The notes below the pieces were generated by a model. That model was not told the origin of the DNA. It saw nothing but the letters and a program-made list of their open reading frames with translations, and made no database searches. From Myxococcota bacterium (GTDB taxonomy: Bacteria > Myxococcota_A > Polyangia > Nannocystales > Nannocystaceae): a DNA stretch of 64,000 nucleotides. Shown here piece after piece: positions 49,169-58,942 of this stretch. Within the stretch, counting starts at the first letter, position 1. Every line of letters begins with the position of its first letter. Location of the stretch: contig JBCCHT010000011.1 in NCBI GenBank assembly GCA_039028615.1, positions 199,916 to 263,915 on the forward strand. The letters run 5' to 3'. Both the position numbers and the translations under genes were made by a program.

Positions 49169-50143
49169 CTACTCGTCCCCGTCGCAGCGCGGCGCACAGC
49201 TGAGGTTGTGACGCCGCGCCGCTTCGTCGAGGGTGCCCTCGAAGTCGTCGTGGGGAATCGCGGTCGGATCCCAGCCCGCTTCGTCGACCAGGCAGCGCCC
49301 CGCCAGGCCTCGCAGGTCGATGTCGAAGCCAGGCTGGAGCCGCTGGGCGTTGGCGAGCAAGACCTCGGGCGACACGACGTCCTCGGCCATGGTCGAGACC
49401 ACCGAGGTCTGCACGTCGTCGGCGCTGCTGAAGCGGTAACAGTGGCGAAAGACCGCGGCCATGGTGGCGCGATCGGCCGGGTAGCGAGCGCTGCGTCGAT
49501 GCATGTTGGCCACGAGGACCCCGCCGGGGGCCAGGCGCGCGGCACAGGACTCGAAGAACTCCTGGGTGCGCAGGTGCTTGGGGATCGAGTGCCCGCGGTA
49601 GGCATCGTGCACGAGCAGATCGACGCTGGCCGGCTCCTGCTGCTCCACGAAGACCCGACCGTCGTCCACGTGGGTGCGGTAGCGCGGATCGTCGGGCACT
49701 CCGAAGTAGGCCCGGGCCAGGCGCACGACCTCGGGACAGATCTCCACCACGTCGATGGTCAGGCCGGGCACGGTGCGAAACAGGTAGTTGCTCAGCTGGC
49801 CGCCGCCCAGGCCGATCATGCACATGCGCTGGACCCCCGGCTGCACGAGCAGGCTGCCGACCATGGTCTGGAAGACCTCGTGGTGCAGCATCTGCGGCCG
49901 AGCCACGTCGTAGGTCGATTGCAGCAGCCGCTTGCCGTCGACCTCGAAGTACATCCGTCGCATCGACCCCTGCTGCGTCACCACCACGTGGTTGAACTCG
50001 GAGCGGCCCTCCTCCAGGACCCGCTCCTCTTCGACGGGCGGCGGGGCTTCAGCCGGCTCGGAGGGCGTGCTCGACGGCTGGCGATCGCACGACAGCGTCA
50101 GCGGCAGCAGGGCCGAGCCCACCATGAAGCGACGCCGATCCAC
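49169..50143 (-). CDS. Spermidine-synthase-like SAM-dependent methyltransferase with Tat/lipoprotein signal
   Basis: MDRRRFMVG..LTLSC; IGLGGG, VVEICPEV, DDGRVFV, HDAY, HLRTQEFF. Confidence 0.85.
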   Translation of the reverse strand: MDRRRFMVGSALLPLTLSCDRQPSSTPSEPAEAPPPVEEERVLEEGRSEFNHVVVTQQGSMRRMYFEVDGKRLLQSTYDVARPQMLHHEVFQTMVGSLLVQPGVQRMCMIGLGGGQLSNYLFRTVPGLTIDVVEICPEVVRLARAYFGVPDDPRYRTHVDDGRVFVEQQEPASVDLLVHDAYRGHSIPKHLRTQEFFESCAARLAPGGVLVANMHRRSARYPADRATMAAVFRHCYRFSSADDVQTSVVSTMAEDVVSPEVLLANAQRLQPGFDIDLRGLAGRCLVDEAGWDPTAIPHDDFEGTLDEAARRHNLSCAPRCDGDE

Positions 50144-50304
50144 GGCGCTCACGATGGCACGGGCACCGCCGCGAACGGCGAACCAACCTGGACCGTCCCT
50201 CCCGACGACGCGGGCACCACGGTGAGTTCGGCCGCCGCGGCTCGTCGACGTCCCCGCTAAAAATGGCCCGAAACGATGCGTGAGAGGGTTTATTGGGCTC
50301 AATT

Positions 50305-50323
50305 GAAAATGAAAACCGTTTTC
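50305..50323 (+). promoter_or_regulatory. Fur-like box GAAAATGAAAACCGTTTTC
   Basis: 14/19 identity to the classical Fur consensus GATAATGATAATCATTATC; AT-rich island in an intergenic region. Confidence 0.65.
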
Positions 50324-50373
50324 TATACGGTGCTCGACAACGCGCGTCGCCTTCGTCCGCGCGTGGCCGGCCC

Positions 50374-51246
50374 ATGCACTCGACGACATTCATCTCGCTC
50401 TGCGTTCTCGTCCTGCTTGCGGGGTGTGGCTCGTCGCCGAACGAACCCGCGGGGAGCTCGGGCGGGGCCGCGTCCACGAGCACGGGAGCCGCGACGACGA
50501 CGGCGACGGCCTCGGCCGAAGGCACCACCGCGGCATCGCCCGCCGATGGCTCGAGCAGCTCCGACACGGGGGCCGACTCGAGCGGCAGCATCGGCCAAGG
50601 CGAAGGCGGCATGTGCAGCATGTTCGAACAGGACTGCCAGGAGGGCCTCAAGTGCATGCCACGGATGGCGGACGGCGGGAAGATCGAGCCGGCATGTCTG
50701 CCGATCAACGGCACCGCCGTGCCCGGCGACGTCTGCTCCCACGATGGCATCGCGGCCGGCACCGACGACTGTGACGCGGACGGCATGTGCATGGGGGTCT
50801 TCAGCCTCTTCGCACCGTGGGAAGGCACCTGCCGTCCGTTCTGCGGAGGAACCGAGGAGACGCCGACCTGCACCGAGCCGAGCGACATCTGTACCGGCCA
50901 GTTCTTCCCGCTGTGCTTCGCGGGCTGCGACCCGCTCGCCCAGGGCTGCACCGGGCCCGGGGAGGGCTGCTACTACTTCGGAGCCATCGACACCTTCGTG
51001 TGCATGGCGCTGGGCAACGAAGGGCAGATCGGCGAGTCGTGCTCGTTCGGCAATTGCAGCGCGGGGTTGCAGTGCTGGAACTCGGATGCCGTGGCCGAGT
51101 GCGACAGCGGAGGCTGCTGCACCGAGTACTGCGACGTGACGGAGCCCAACACGTGCACCTTCGCCGCATCGGGAGCCGAGTGCGTCCCGGTGGGGACGGG
51201 CGGACCCGGCCTCGAGGACGTCGGCCTGTGCCTGCTACCGCAGTGA
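50374..51246 (+). CDS. Cys-rich myxobacterial-type lipoprotein
   Basis: Lipobox LLAGC, Ser/Thr/Gly linker, about 26 Cys in the C-terminal ~210 aa (CSMFEQDCQEGLKC...CDPLAQGC...GCCTEYCD). Confidence 0.85.
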   Translation: MHSTTFISLCVLVLLAGCGSSPNEPAGSSGGAASTSTGAATTTATASAEGTTAASPADGSSSSDTGADSSGSIGQGEGGMCSMFEQDCQEGLKCMPRMADGGKIEPACLPINGTAVPGDVCSHDGIAAGTDDCDADGMCMGVFSLFAPWEGTCRPFCGGTEETPTCTEPSDICTGQFFPLCFAGCDPLAQGCTGPGEGCYYFGAIDTFVCMALGNEGQIGESCSFGNCSAGLQCWNSDAVAECDSGGCCTEYCDVTEPNTCTFAASGAECVPVGTGGPGLEDVGLCLLPQ

Positions 51247-51253
51247 GAGCCCC

Positions 51254-52090
51254 CTAGGCCCGCTTGCGTTCGTCGCCCCAGAACACCCGCACGCCCTGCT
51301 TGTCCTCGAGTCCTTCGAGCAGCACACACAGCTCGGCCTGGAGCGCCGCCATGCGGTCTCGCGTGCCTTGTTCGATCTCCGAGCGGTGCTCGGCGTCGCG
51401 GAGCGACTGCACGGCGCGACCCGTGACGCCGTTGAGGGCTTCGTCTTCGTGGAGCTTGCGCAGGAAGTCTCGCTCCCCGATCGCGTCGAACTCGACGCCG
51501 TACTCGCCCGTGTACCGGTCCAGGGCGATGCGCCCGATGCCGATCTGATCGTTCCGATATACGCGCATCCCGGCGCCGAATCGTACGGTCGCGAACAGCT
51601 CGCCGATATGACGCGTGGACGACATGAACGCGTCGTCGTAGGCGTACTTCGTATAGCGCACCATGCAGTGCTCCCAGCCGAAGTACTGCGCCATGAGGTG
51701 GAGGACCTCGTCGGCATAGGCTCCGTCGGGATAGGCCTCGCGCAGCGCCACCAGCCCTTCCTGCGCGACGATGTTGTACAGCCGACTCTGCAGGGCCTCG
51801 GCCGCCAGCATGAAGGGCAAGGTGTACAGCGCCGCGCGACGGCGCTCTTCCGCTTCCTCGTGCTCTTGCTGGATCGCGAGCTGTCGCTCGCGCGCCCGCA
51901 GGCTGGCCGCTTCGCGCTGCTCGAGGGCGTTGCGCTCCTTTTCCTTCTCGGCCCGCCAGGTGTAGACCGTCCACAGCCCGGTGATCGCCGCGATGCCGGT
52001 CGAGACCAGCAGGCCCCAATTGATGGCGGCCTCCCCCGCGGCGAGGAGGACGGTGGGCATGGCGGCCGAGTACAGCAAGGTCGACGACAT
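51254..52090 (-). CDS. Hypothetical protein, N-terminal TM helix plus coiled coil
   Basis: Hydrophobic helix, charged coiled coil, LQSRLYNI..AQYFGWE domain. Confidence 0.7.
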   Translation of the reverse strand: MSSTLLYSAAMPTVLLAAGEAAINWGLLVSTGIAAITGLWTVYTWRAEKEKERNALEQREAASLRARERQLAIQQEHEEAEERRRAALYTLPFMLAAEALQSRLYNIVAQEGLVALREAYPDGAYADEVLHLMAQYFGWEHCMVRYTKYAYDDAFMSSTRHIGELFATVRFGAGMRVYRNDQIGIGRIALDRYTGEYGVEFDAIGERDFLRKLHEDEALNGVTGRAVQSLRDAEHRSEIEQGTRDRMAALQAELCVLLEGLEDKQGVRVFWGDERKRA

Positions 52091-52167
52091 GGCGACGGCT
52101 CCCCACGCTCATGGTGACAGAGCGCAACGAGAGCCGTCCAGCGATGGCGCCGCGGCCAACGAGCCGT

Positions 52168-53004
52168 TCAGGGGACGATGTCGACGAGATAGGCCGGCTT
52201 CACCACCGTCCACGGGCCACCCGCATCGAACTCGGCCACGTCGGCGGGGGGCTTCGACCCCAGCACCAAGTGCAGCGACCATCGCCCGGTCGGCAGCTCG
52301 AAGAGCTCACCGAAGGTCCCGACCAGCTCCACCACGCCCCGCTCGGAGACGGTGATCTTGCCCGGATCGATGAGCCGACGCTTCGCGCCTTCGGTATCGC
52401 CCTGGGCCTCGGCCAGCACCCGCAGCTGCAGCGACTCGCCGACGGACCGCTCGGGGCGAATGACCCAGTGCACCTGCGTCCGCGCCTGATAGACCTCGGC
52501 CTCCGCCTTCGGCCCGTCGTCGGCAGAGCGAATCTCGTGCACGGTCTCGTTGCGCACCAAGAGGCTGAATCCGGGCAGGGTGCTCGCGGCTCGTCCCGGC
52601 TCGACCGGGGCGCCTCCGTCCCGCGGCATCAGCCACAGCACCACGGCGGCTGCCACCAGCACCGCCACGGCACCCGCGACCCAGCCCGCCCGCGACGACC
52701 GACGATCACCCAGCGAGACGACATTGTCGGGCTCGGCGGCGGCGGGCGACGGCTCGGAGGTCGCGGCCGCCTCGGCCAGCTGATCGATCCACGCCTCGCG
52801 CTCGACTTCGCTCACGGGGGCGAGCTCTGCTTTCAGCGCTTCGACCTCGTCGGGATCGTCCCCCGCCTCGAGGCGCTCGGCCGCGACCTCGTCGGCGCTC
52901 CGAGTGCCACGCACCACGTCTTCCCACGCCTCGGGAAAGGCGTCGTCGTACTCGCGCTCGAGGGCTCCGAGCTGCCCGAGCAGATCGTCTTCGGCCTCGT
53001 TCAC
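52168..53004 (-). CDS. Putative single-pass anti-sigma factor
   Basis: GTGA overlap with the sigma gene; acidic cytoplasmic N-terminus, NVVSLGDRR then a TM helix, then an extracytoplasmic beta domain. Confidence 0.65.
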   Translation of the reverse strand: MNEAEDDLLGQLGALEREYDDAFPEAWEDVVRGTRSADEVAAERLEAGDDPDEVEALKAELAPVSEVEREAWIDQLAEAAATSEPSPAAAEPDNVVSLGDRRSSRAGWVAGAVAVLVAAAVVLWLMPRDGGAPVEPGRAASTLPGFSLLVRNETVHEIRSADDGPKAEAEVYQARTQVHWVIRPERSVGESLQLRVLAEAQGDTEGAKRRLIDPGKITVSERGVVELVGTFGELFELPTGRWSLHLVLGSKPPADVAEFDAGGPWTVVKPAYLVDIVP

Positions 53005-53666
53005 GCCGCCTCCTCGGCCCCGAGACCCCGCACCATGCGGCGCAGGCGGGAATTCCACTGATCGAGGGCGGCTCGGGTCATGCCCTCCATCTCACAGACC
53101 TCGGCGATCGGTCGCTGCTCGACGTAGAGCAGGTGGAAGAGTCGTAGGCCGCGCTCGTTGAGCCGAGCGCGGAGTTGCTCGAGCAACCGGGCCAGCCGCG
53201 CTCGAGACTCGAGGCGGCGGAAGGTCCCGCTGCGGTCGGCTTTCATGCCCTCGAGGTGCTCGTCCTCGGTGGGCTCGCCGCTCCAGGGATTGCCCTTGAA
53301 GCCCTCGAGCACCCGCGCCACGCGATGCCGGGTGACCATGCGGACGAAGCTCGACATGGAGCGGCCGCGCTCGGGATCCCAGCGCTTCAACACGCGGCCG
53401 CCGTCGGCCAGCAAGTGCACCATCACGTCCTGCACGAAGTCCTCGACGTCCTGTCGGGCATCGCGGCCCCGGGCGCTGGCGCGACGGCGCAGCGCCACCG
53501 AGACCTCCACCTTGATCACGGGCAACAAGGTGTCGACCAGCGTACCGAGCGCACGGCGTTCCCCCTGGCATGCGCGGCGGATCTCGTCGGGAGTCAAGGC
53601 GGAAGAACCGAAGCGTACCACGCCTCGGTTGCTCCCCTGGGTCGACACTTGACCAAGCATCGCCAT
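53001..53666 (-). CDS. ECF sigma-70 family RNA polymerase sigma factor
   Basis: DVEDFVQDV..., RWDPERGRSMSSFV (region 2); region 4 HTH IAEVCEMEGMTRAALDQWNSRLR. Confidence 0.88.
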   Translation of the reverse strand: MAMLGQVSTQGSNRGVVRFGSSALTPDEIRRACQGERRALGTLVDTLLPVIKVEVSVALRRRASARGRDARQDVEDFVQDVMVHLLADGGRVLKRWDPERGRSMSSFVRMVTRHRVARVLEGFKGNPWSGEPTEDEHLEGMKADRSGTFRRLESRARLARLLEQLRARLNERGLRLFHLLYVEQRPIAEVCEMEGMTRAALDQWNSRLRRMVRGLGAEEAA

Positions 53667-53684
53667 GTCCGTCCCGATTCATGT

Positions 53685-55922
53685 TCAGCGGACCACGTCG
53701 ATGACTTGGGTGACGGTCTGAGGCTTCATGTTCGGTACGGATACCGAGAAGCTCAGACGCCCGGATCTCACGCCGGAGCGGCCGTGAACCCAAGCGGCGA
53801 GCGTCTGCCCATTGGGCAGGGTGTAATCGTCGAGCTCGACCACCTGGTACGTCCACGCGCCGCTTTGGGGCGCCAGGGCGACGACCATCGAGGTGTTGGT
53901 GGCCGAGTCGTCGAGGGTGAGCACGGGCTGACTGATCGTCGCCCCGCTATAGGCCGTGTCGAGCCGCATGTAGAGCTTGTACGAGATCGTCAGCGGAGCG
54001 GGGCTGGCCGTGTTGCCGCTGCCCTGCGTGCCCGAGCCGCCGCTATTGGTCTCGTTGATGATCGGGCAGTTGGGACAGATCGGCACGTGCGGCTGCGGAC
54101 GGCTCTCGTCGGTTGCGGCAGACGATCCGGGCAGCGTGGCGGAGCCGGGCGCCCCGAACAGCTCGACCTGCAGCGGGCCACAGTTCGACGCCGAGCCCGG
54201 GTCACGGGAGCCCAAGGTCACTTCGGCGCTGGGGCTGTAGGGCTGCGGCTGCGAGTTCACGTACGTCGTGATCGCGGTCGACACCGGGTTGCCCGAGGTC
54301 ACCGTACTGCCGTAGGGATTCTGGCTCCCGGCGACCGACGACATCACCGAATTGAACCGGATGCGCTTGGTCTTGACGCTGGTCGACTGCCGCCACGTGG
54401 ACGCGAGGGTCATGGTCGTACCCCGGGTGTCGATCCGTCCGAGGACCTGCCGGGCCGTCTCGCTCGGTCGATGCGTCCAGACCTGAGCCGCCAGCGCGGC
54501 GAGCCCCGCCGAAGACACCGACGTCCCCGTCCACGGCTGCGTATGCGAGGAGCCGACCTCGACCGAAGCCTGGTGGGCATAAAGAGCCCGCGCCGGGATG
54601 CTGTTCATGCGGCTATTGGCGATGACGTTGCCCCCCTCGTCGAGGCCGCCCGCGCCGTAGACCAGCTGAGGCAGGGTACTGACGCCCTTCATCTCGAGAC
54701 CGAAGTACTGGTTGCACTCCGACGGCGTGAGCGGGTTGAGGCTCTCCCATGCCGCGGGGGCCAGCGCTCCGGTCTGCTCGCAGCCCTGGCCGCGGGAGTT
54801 GCCCGCCGCGGCGATGGCCAGGCTGCCCTGGCACGAGGCGTAAGCCAGGGCGTTGTGCACCGCCTGCACCGGGGCCGGGATCACGTTGTTGGGCGCAGCG
54901 ACGTCGAGCAGGGCCGCGTGGTTCGCCGGGAGGTTGCCGCCGTGGGTCTGGTCCCAGCCGAGGCTCATGTTGATGACCAGCGGCGAGTCTTCCGAGGCGG
55001 GCAGGACCCGCCAGCGGGCTACCGACTCGCCGAGCGCCGAGGCCAGCGATCCCAGGCTGCCCATCTGCCCGGCCGAGGCCGCGGGCACCACTTGGCCGGG
55101 AGGATAAGGAAAGGCCTGCGCGAAGAACTGCCGCGAGCGGCACGCGGTCTGGCCGTTGGGGCAGCGCGCGGACTCGATGATCGAGGCCATGGTCAGGCCG
55201 TGCTGATGGCGATCGTTCCAGCTGCCGAAGCCCGGAATGGACAGCGGGCTGCCGACTCCGGTGGGCACGGTGGAATCGGCGGTGTCGACCACGGCCACGA
55301 AGGCCAAGCCGGTCGTCCGCGTCGCATACGGCGAGCCCGACGGAGCTTGCGAGGCGCGAGGCGTGGCCCCCAGCTGCTCGAGCAAGCGCTGCGAGCGAGC
55401 CTGCTCGAGGGCGGTCCCCGCCGTGAGCGACGGAGCCTGCGGCACGACCACGTCGGGGTCGATGTCCACGCGAACCGAGCCGGGCACCACGGGCTTGGCC
55501 GCCGGGCTCCCGGCCCCGCCCCACGTGTACACGCAGAAGCGCTCGAGCGCGGGCGGCATGGGCGTGCCGCTGGCTTCGAGGGCTCCCCAGGCCGCGGTGG
55601 CATCGGCGGTCAGGCGAAACAGCGGCCGCTCGTTCCAGCGGTTGACCTGCGGGCAGGGCACGCCTGCGTTCATCAGCGCCACATAGCGGCGACGGGCGGT
55701 GGTCTCGCTGAGCGACACTTCGCGGGAGGGCAGAGCCCGCGCCCGCGTCCGGGGCCGCGGCGCCGCCTCGACGGTCGCCGCCTCCGTCTTCACCGCCTCG
55801 ACACTCACCGCTTCGGCCTCCGCCGCCGCCGCTTCGGCCTCATGATTCGTGGAATCCAGTGAGTCACATGAGGACACACTCAGGAGCAGCATCATCGCGA
55901 GTGGGGAGGTGAAGACCGGCAT
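53685..55922 (-). CDS. Secreted subtilisin-like (S8) serine peptidase
   Basis: Triad motifs VAVVDT, HQHGLTMASII, GTSVSS; INMSLGW; oxyanion AAAGN; RBS AAGGAG before ATG 55922. Confidence 0.85.
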   Translation of the reverse strand: MPVFTSPLAMMLLLSVSSCDSLDSTNHEAEAAAAEAEAVSVEAVKTEAATVEAAPRPRTRARALPSREVSLSETTARRRYVALMNAGVPCPQVNRWNERPLFRLTADATAAWGALEASGTPMPPALERFCVYTWGGAGSPAAKPVVPGSVRVDIDPDVVVPQAPSLTAGTALEQARSQRLLEQLGATPRASQAPSGSPYATRTTGLAFVAVVDTADSTVPTGVGSPLSIPGFGSWNDRHQHGLTMASIIESARCPNGQTACRSRQFFAQAFPYPPGQVVPAASAGQMGSLGSLASALGESVARWRVLPASEDSPLVINMSLGWDQTHGGNLPANHAALLDVAAPNNVIPAPVQAVHNALAYASCQGSLAIAAAGNSRGQGCEQTGALAPAAWESLNPLTPSECNQYFGLEMKGVSTLPQLVYGAGGLDEGGNVIANSRMNSIPARALYAHQASVEVGSSHTQPWTGTSVSSAGLAALAAQVWTHRPSETARQVLGRIDTRGTTMTLASTWRQSTSVKTKRIRFNSVMSSVAGSQNPYGSTVTSGNPVSTAITTYVNSQPQPYSPSAEVTLGSRDPGSASNCGPLQVELFGAPGSATLPGSSAATDESRPQPHVPICPNCPIINETNSGGSGTQGSGNTASPAPLTISYKLYMRLDTAYSGATISQPVLTLDDSATNTSMVVALAPQSGAWTYQVVELDDYTLPNGQTLAAWVHGRSGVRSGRLSFSVSVPNMKPQTVTQVIDVVR

Positions 55923-55966
55923 ACGGCTCCTTCTACATCGGCAAAGCCACTTCTGACGCGCGGTCT

Positions 55967-58807
55967 TCAGGGGCCCCAACCGCGTGTGTGCAACCATCCT
56001 CCATCGTCCTTTCGACGGGTTCGCAACGCCGTTTGAAGACTCGTTGGGGCATCGCGCCCCGCGGCAAAAGACTCGTAGAACACCTTTACGAGCGCCGCCG
56101 CGGCTTTGTCGTCCACCTCACGATCGGTGGCGATGACCAGATCGGATCCTCCCAAGACGAACGCGTGCGCGAGGCTCATGCCTCCGGCCAAGGCCTGCGG
56201 ATCGGTGCGCCCGGTCTCACAGCCATTGAGAACGACGGTCGGCGGGGTCTGGCCCAAGACCAGCACGTCCCCGACATCCACCGTGCCGTCGCGGGCGAGC
56301 GAGAGCGCACTGCTCCAGCCGCCGAGTTCGTCCGCGCGAGCGTGACCCACGTAGTGCAGCAGATCGACCCCAGCCAGCGCCCCCCGGACGACATCGCCCT
56401 GCGCTTGCTCACCTTCGAGCCGTCGGACCTTCCACCCTGCCCCGCTCAGCGCCGCGTCGACCCCTTCGATCTCGCCCGGGGCACTGCGCAAGTTACTCGG
56501 GGGCGCGACGATGGTGGCTCGACCCGCCGGGCGGACCGCGGCCTTCGTGGTGCGACCGGGAAGATCGAGGCCGTACCAGACGGGCATGACGTCGATCAGC
56601 ATCTTGCCCGGCTCGAAGGGCGCGGGCAGAGCATGAAAAGGCACCCGGTTGAGCGCTCCGGTCGGCATCACCCGCAGGCTCTTCGCGTCCGCGAGCGCGT
56701 CGGCAAAGGGCTCGACCAGCGTCGGTCCCCACGACGCGGCCACGCCTTCGTCCCGCGACTCGATCGCCCCCAGCTCGCGAACCCAGATGGCTCGCGCGTC
56801 GACGGCGAACCCGACCCAGCCCTCGTCCAGCTGCACGAAGTGGAGATCGACCCGCCCCGGGGGCACCGACGCCAAGTCCTCGCAGCTCGCCTCGGCCCCC
56901 TCGTGCGAGCCCCCGAGCGCGCGGTCGAACGCCTCTTGGTTGTCCTTGCGCTGGGCCGACAGCTCGCGCTGCCGCTGGCGCGCGGCCGCGGCGGGCAGGC
57001 TCCAGCTATCGTCCCACTGCTGCTCCAGTCGCGTCCGGGCGTCGCGATAGTCCTGGAGCGCCTTTTGTTGCTCGGCCGAGGCCTTCGACGCTCGCATCTG
57101 ACGGGCCACCGCCCGCAAGGCTCGGGTGCGGGCCAGCCGAGCGGTGCACAGCGCGTCGGCGGGCCGATCCATGCGCAGCAGCAACGCGACCAATCGCCGG
57201 GTCCCGCGGTCGCGCTCGGCGATGAAGCGCGCCCGCCCCTCCCCCATCGCGATGCGGGGCAGCTGCTCGTCGAGCACTCGCTCCGCGAGCGCATAGGTGG
57301 CGAGCGCATCGTCGAGCTTGCCCCGTCGCTCGAGGACCTCGGCCTGGCCGAGCAACGCATGCCAGCGCAGCTCGGGCTCGTAGCGGCGCTCCGCCTCGGT
57401 CGCCAGGGCCGTGAAGCCGCGCCGCGCCTCGGCCTCGTCCCCGGAGAGCAACGCCACGCGGGCCCGCAGCAGCTGTCGCCACAGCCGATCTTCGTGGTGA
57501 GGCAGCTGCTCGTCGGCGATCTTCGCCAGCCACTCCCGGGCTTGGTCCGCCTCGCCGTCGAGCACCGCCGCGTAGGCGAGGTTGAGCTGCGTGGTCGCTC
57601 GCATGCGCTGGCTGACGATGTCGGGCAGATCGAGCGCCGCCCGGGCCCGCAGCAGCAGGGGCGTGGGGTCCTCGGCGGGTCGCTGTCGCGCCCGCGCCTC
57701 GAGCAACATCCACGCCACCGTGTTGATGAGCTGCCCGCGGGTCGTCGGCGACACCTCGGACTCGAGGCTCTGCGCCCGCTGTCGCAGCGCTCGCGCCCGC
57801 TCCCATGCGCCCATGCGCCCCACCAAGAGCATCTGCTCGGTGACCGCCCCCGCTTCCACCGCCCCCAGGCCCAGCCGCCGCGCGATGAGGGCCCCGCGTT
57901 CGTGCGCGGCCAAGGCCCCCCGCAGGTTGCCCCGGCTCGCCTCGTAAAGACCGCGATAGTAGGTGTGCAGCGACAGCTGCTGGTGGTCGACGGCGGCGAG
58001 CGGAGCGTCGCGCTCGAGCCACGTGCTCGTGCACTGCTCGTCCGGGCGCAGCGCGACGCACAAGTACATCAGCAGCTGCGCCATCGTGCTGGCGTCGCGG
58101 ACGAGGCCGTGCTCCACCGCTTGCTCGAAGCCCTGCGAGTACATCGCTTCGATGGCGTCGTGGTCCTGCATCATGAAGGCGAGGTCGCCCGCCTGCATCA
58201 GCGCCTTGGCGCGCTCTTTGCCTTTGAACGTGGGCAGCAGCTCGGTCAGGCGCGCGCGGGCCTCCTTGGCCTTGCCCGACTTGCGCATCTGCACCAGCTC
58301 GTCGAGCACGGGAATGCTGAGCGCGGGCGAAGGATCGAGAGCCAAGGAAAAGCGCCCCGGCTTCCCGTCGAGATCGGCCCGCACCTCGAGCGTTCGAGCG
58401 CCCGACGGCGGCGACACGACCCACCGCTGCCCGCCCTCGACCTCCTCGGCCTCCGCCTCGAAAGCCGAGCCGTCGAACCACAACCTCGGGCCGAACGCGG
58501 CGTCGACATTCGCCCAGACGCGGAGCTTCGCCGTCTCGGGATCGTAGACACAAACCGGCCCGGCCCGGACCTCACGACAGCCGCTGAAGAGCACTTCGAG
58601 TGCCACCGGCTCCGGTTTTGGCTCCACGCGAACCGGCAGAACCTGCTCGGGCGACGCGTCGGGCGACGGCGCTGGCGAGCCTCCACACGCGAGGTCCAGC
58701 AGCACGATTCCCATCGTCGTGCGCAGGCTCGAGCCCAAGCGGCGGATCTGACGGTGCCCCAAAGCGTCCCCCGCGGAGGTTATCAGCCCGTGGCGCGGCT
58801 CCACCAC
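55967..58807 (-). CDS. TPR-CHAT domain (caspase-like) protease; start uncertain (58807 or 58714)
   Basis: Helical repeats, then LNRVPFHAL, LLHYVGHA (His) and VVLNGCETG (Cys), LAHAFVLGG. Confidence 0.9.
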   Translation of the reverse strand: MVEPRHGLITSAGDALGHRQIRRLGSSLRTTMGIVLLDLACGGSPAPSPDASPEQVLPVRVEPKPEPVALEVLFSGCREVRAGPVCVYDPETAKLRVWANVDAAFGPRLWFDGSAFEAEAEEVEGGQRWVVSPPSGARTLEVRADLDGKPGRFSLALDPSPALSIPVLDELVQMRKSGKAKEARARLTELLPTFKGKERAKALMQAGDLAFMMQDHDAIEAMYSQGFEQAVEHGLVRDASTMAQLLMYLCVALRPDEQCTSTWLERDAPLAAVDHQQLSLHTYYRGLYEASRGNLRGALAAHERGALIARRLGLGAVEAGAVTEQMLLVGRMGAWERARALRQRAQSLESEVSPTTRGQLINTVAWMLLEARARQRPAEDPTPLLLRARAALDLPDIVSQRMRATTQLNLAYAAVLDGEADQAREWLAKIADEQLPHHEDRLWRQLLRARVALLSGDEAEARRGFTALATEAERRYEPELRWHALLGQAEVLERRGKLDDALATYALAERVLDEQLPRIAMGEGRARFIAERDRGTRRLVALLLRMDRPADALCTARLARTRALRAVARQMRASKASAEQQKALQDYRDARTRLEQQWDDSWSLPAAAARQRQRELSAQRKDNQEAFDRALGGSHEGAEASCEDLASVPPGRVDLHFVQLDEGWVGFAVDARAIWVRELGAIESRDEGVAASWGPTLVEPFADALADAKSLRVMPTGALNRVPFHALPAPFEPGKMLIDVMPVWYGLDLPGRTTKAAVRPAGRATIVAPPSNLRSAPGEIEGVDAALSGAGWKVRRLEGEQAQGDVVRGALAGVDLLHYVGHARADELGGWSSALSLARDGTVDVGDVLVLGQTPPTVVLNGCETGRTDPQALAGGMSLAHAFVLGGSDLVIATDREVDDKAAAALVKVFYESFAAGRDAPTSLQTALRTRRKDDGGWLHTRGWGP

Positions 58808-58942
58808 GGCAAGGACCGCATGCGAACCCGCCCGGCAAGCTCTCGGCGCGTCAGCCTTTCCGAGGGCTCACGCAAACGGCGCAAAACCTGCGTTGCCCCC
58901 GCCTTGCATGCGCTGCGGGCCGGCGAGACACTCGGCGTCTAG

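Noticed and set aside
50374..51246. Enzyme (epimerase-type) label that similar Cys-rich proteins sometimes carry
   Set aside because: No TIM-barrel or catalytic motifs; the sequence is a disulfide-rich lipoprotein.
58877..58892. Possible sigma-54 site CGGCGCAAAACCTGCG before the HTTM gene (weaker ones near 3150 and 15230)
   Set aside because: Only partial consensus; GG-N10-GC arises often by chance at this GC content.
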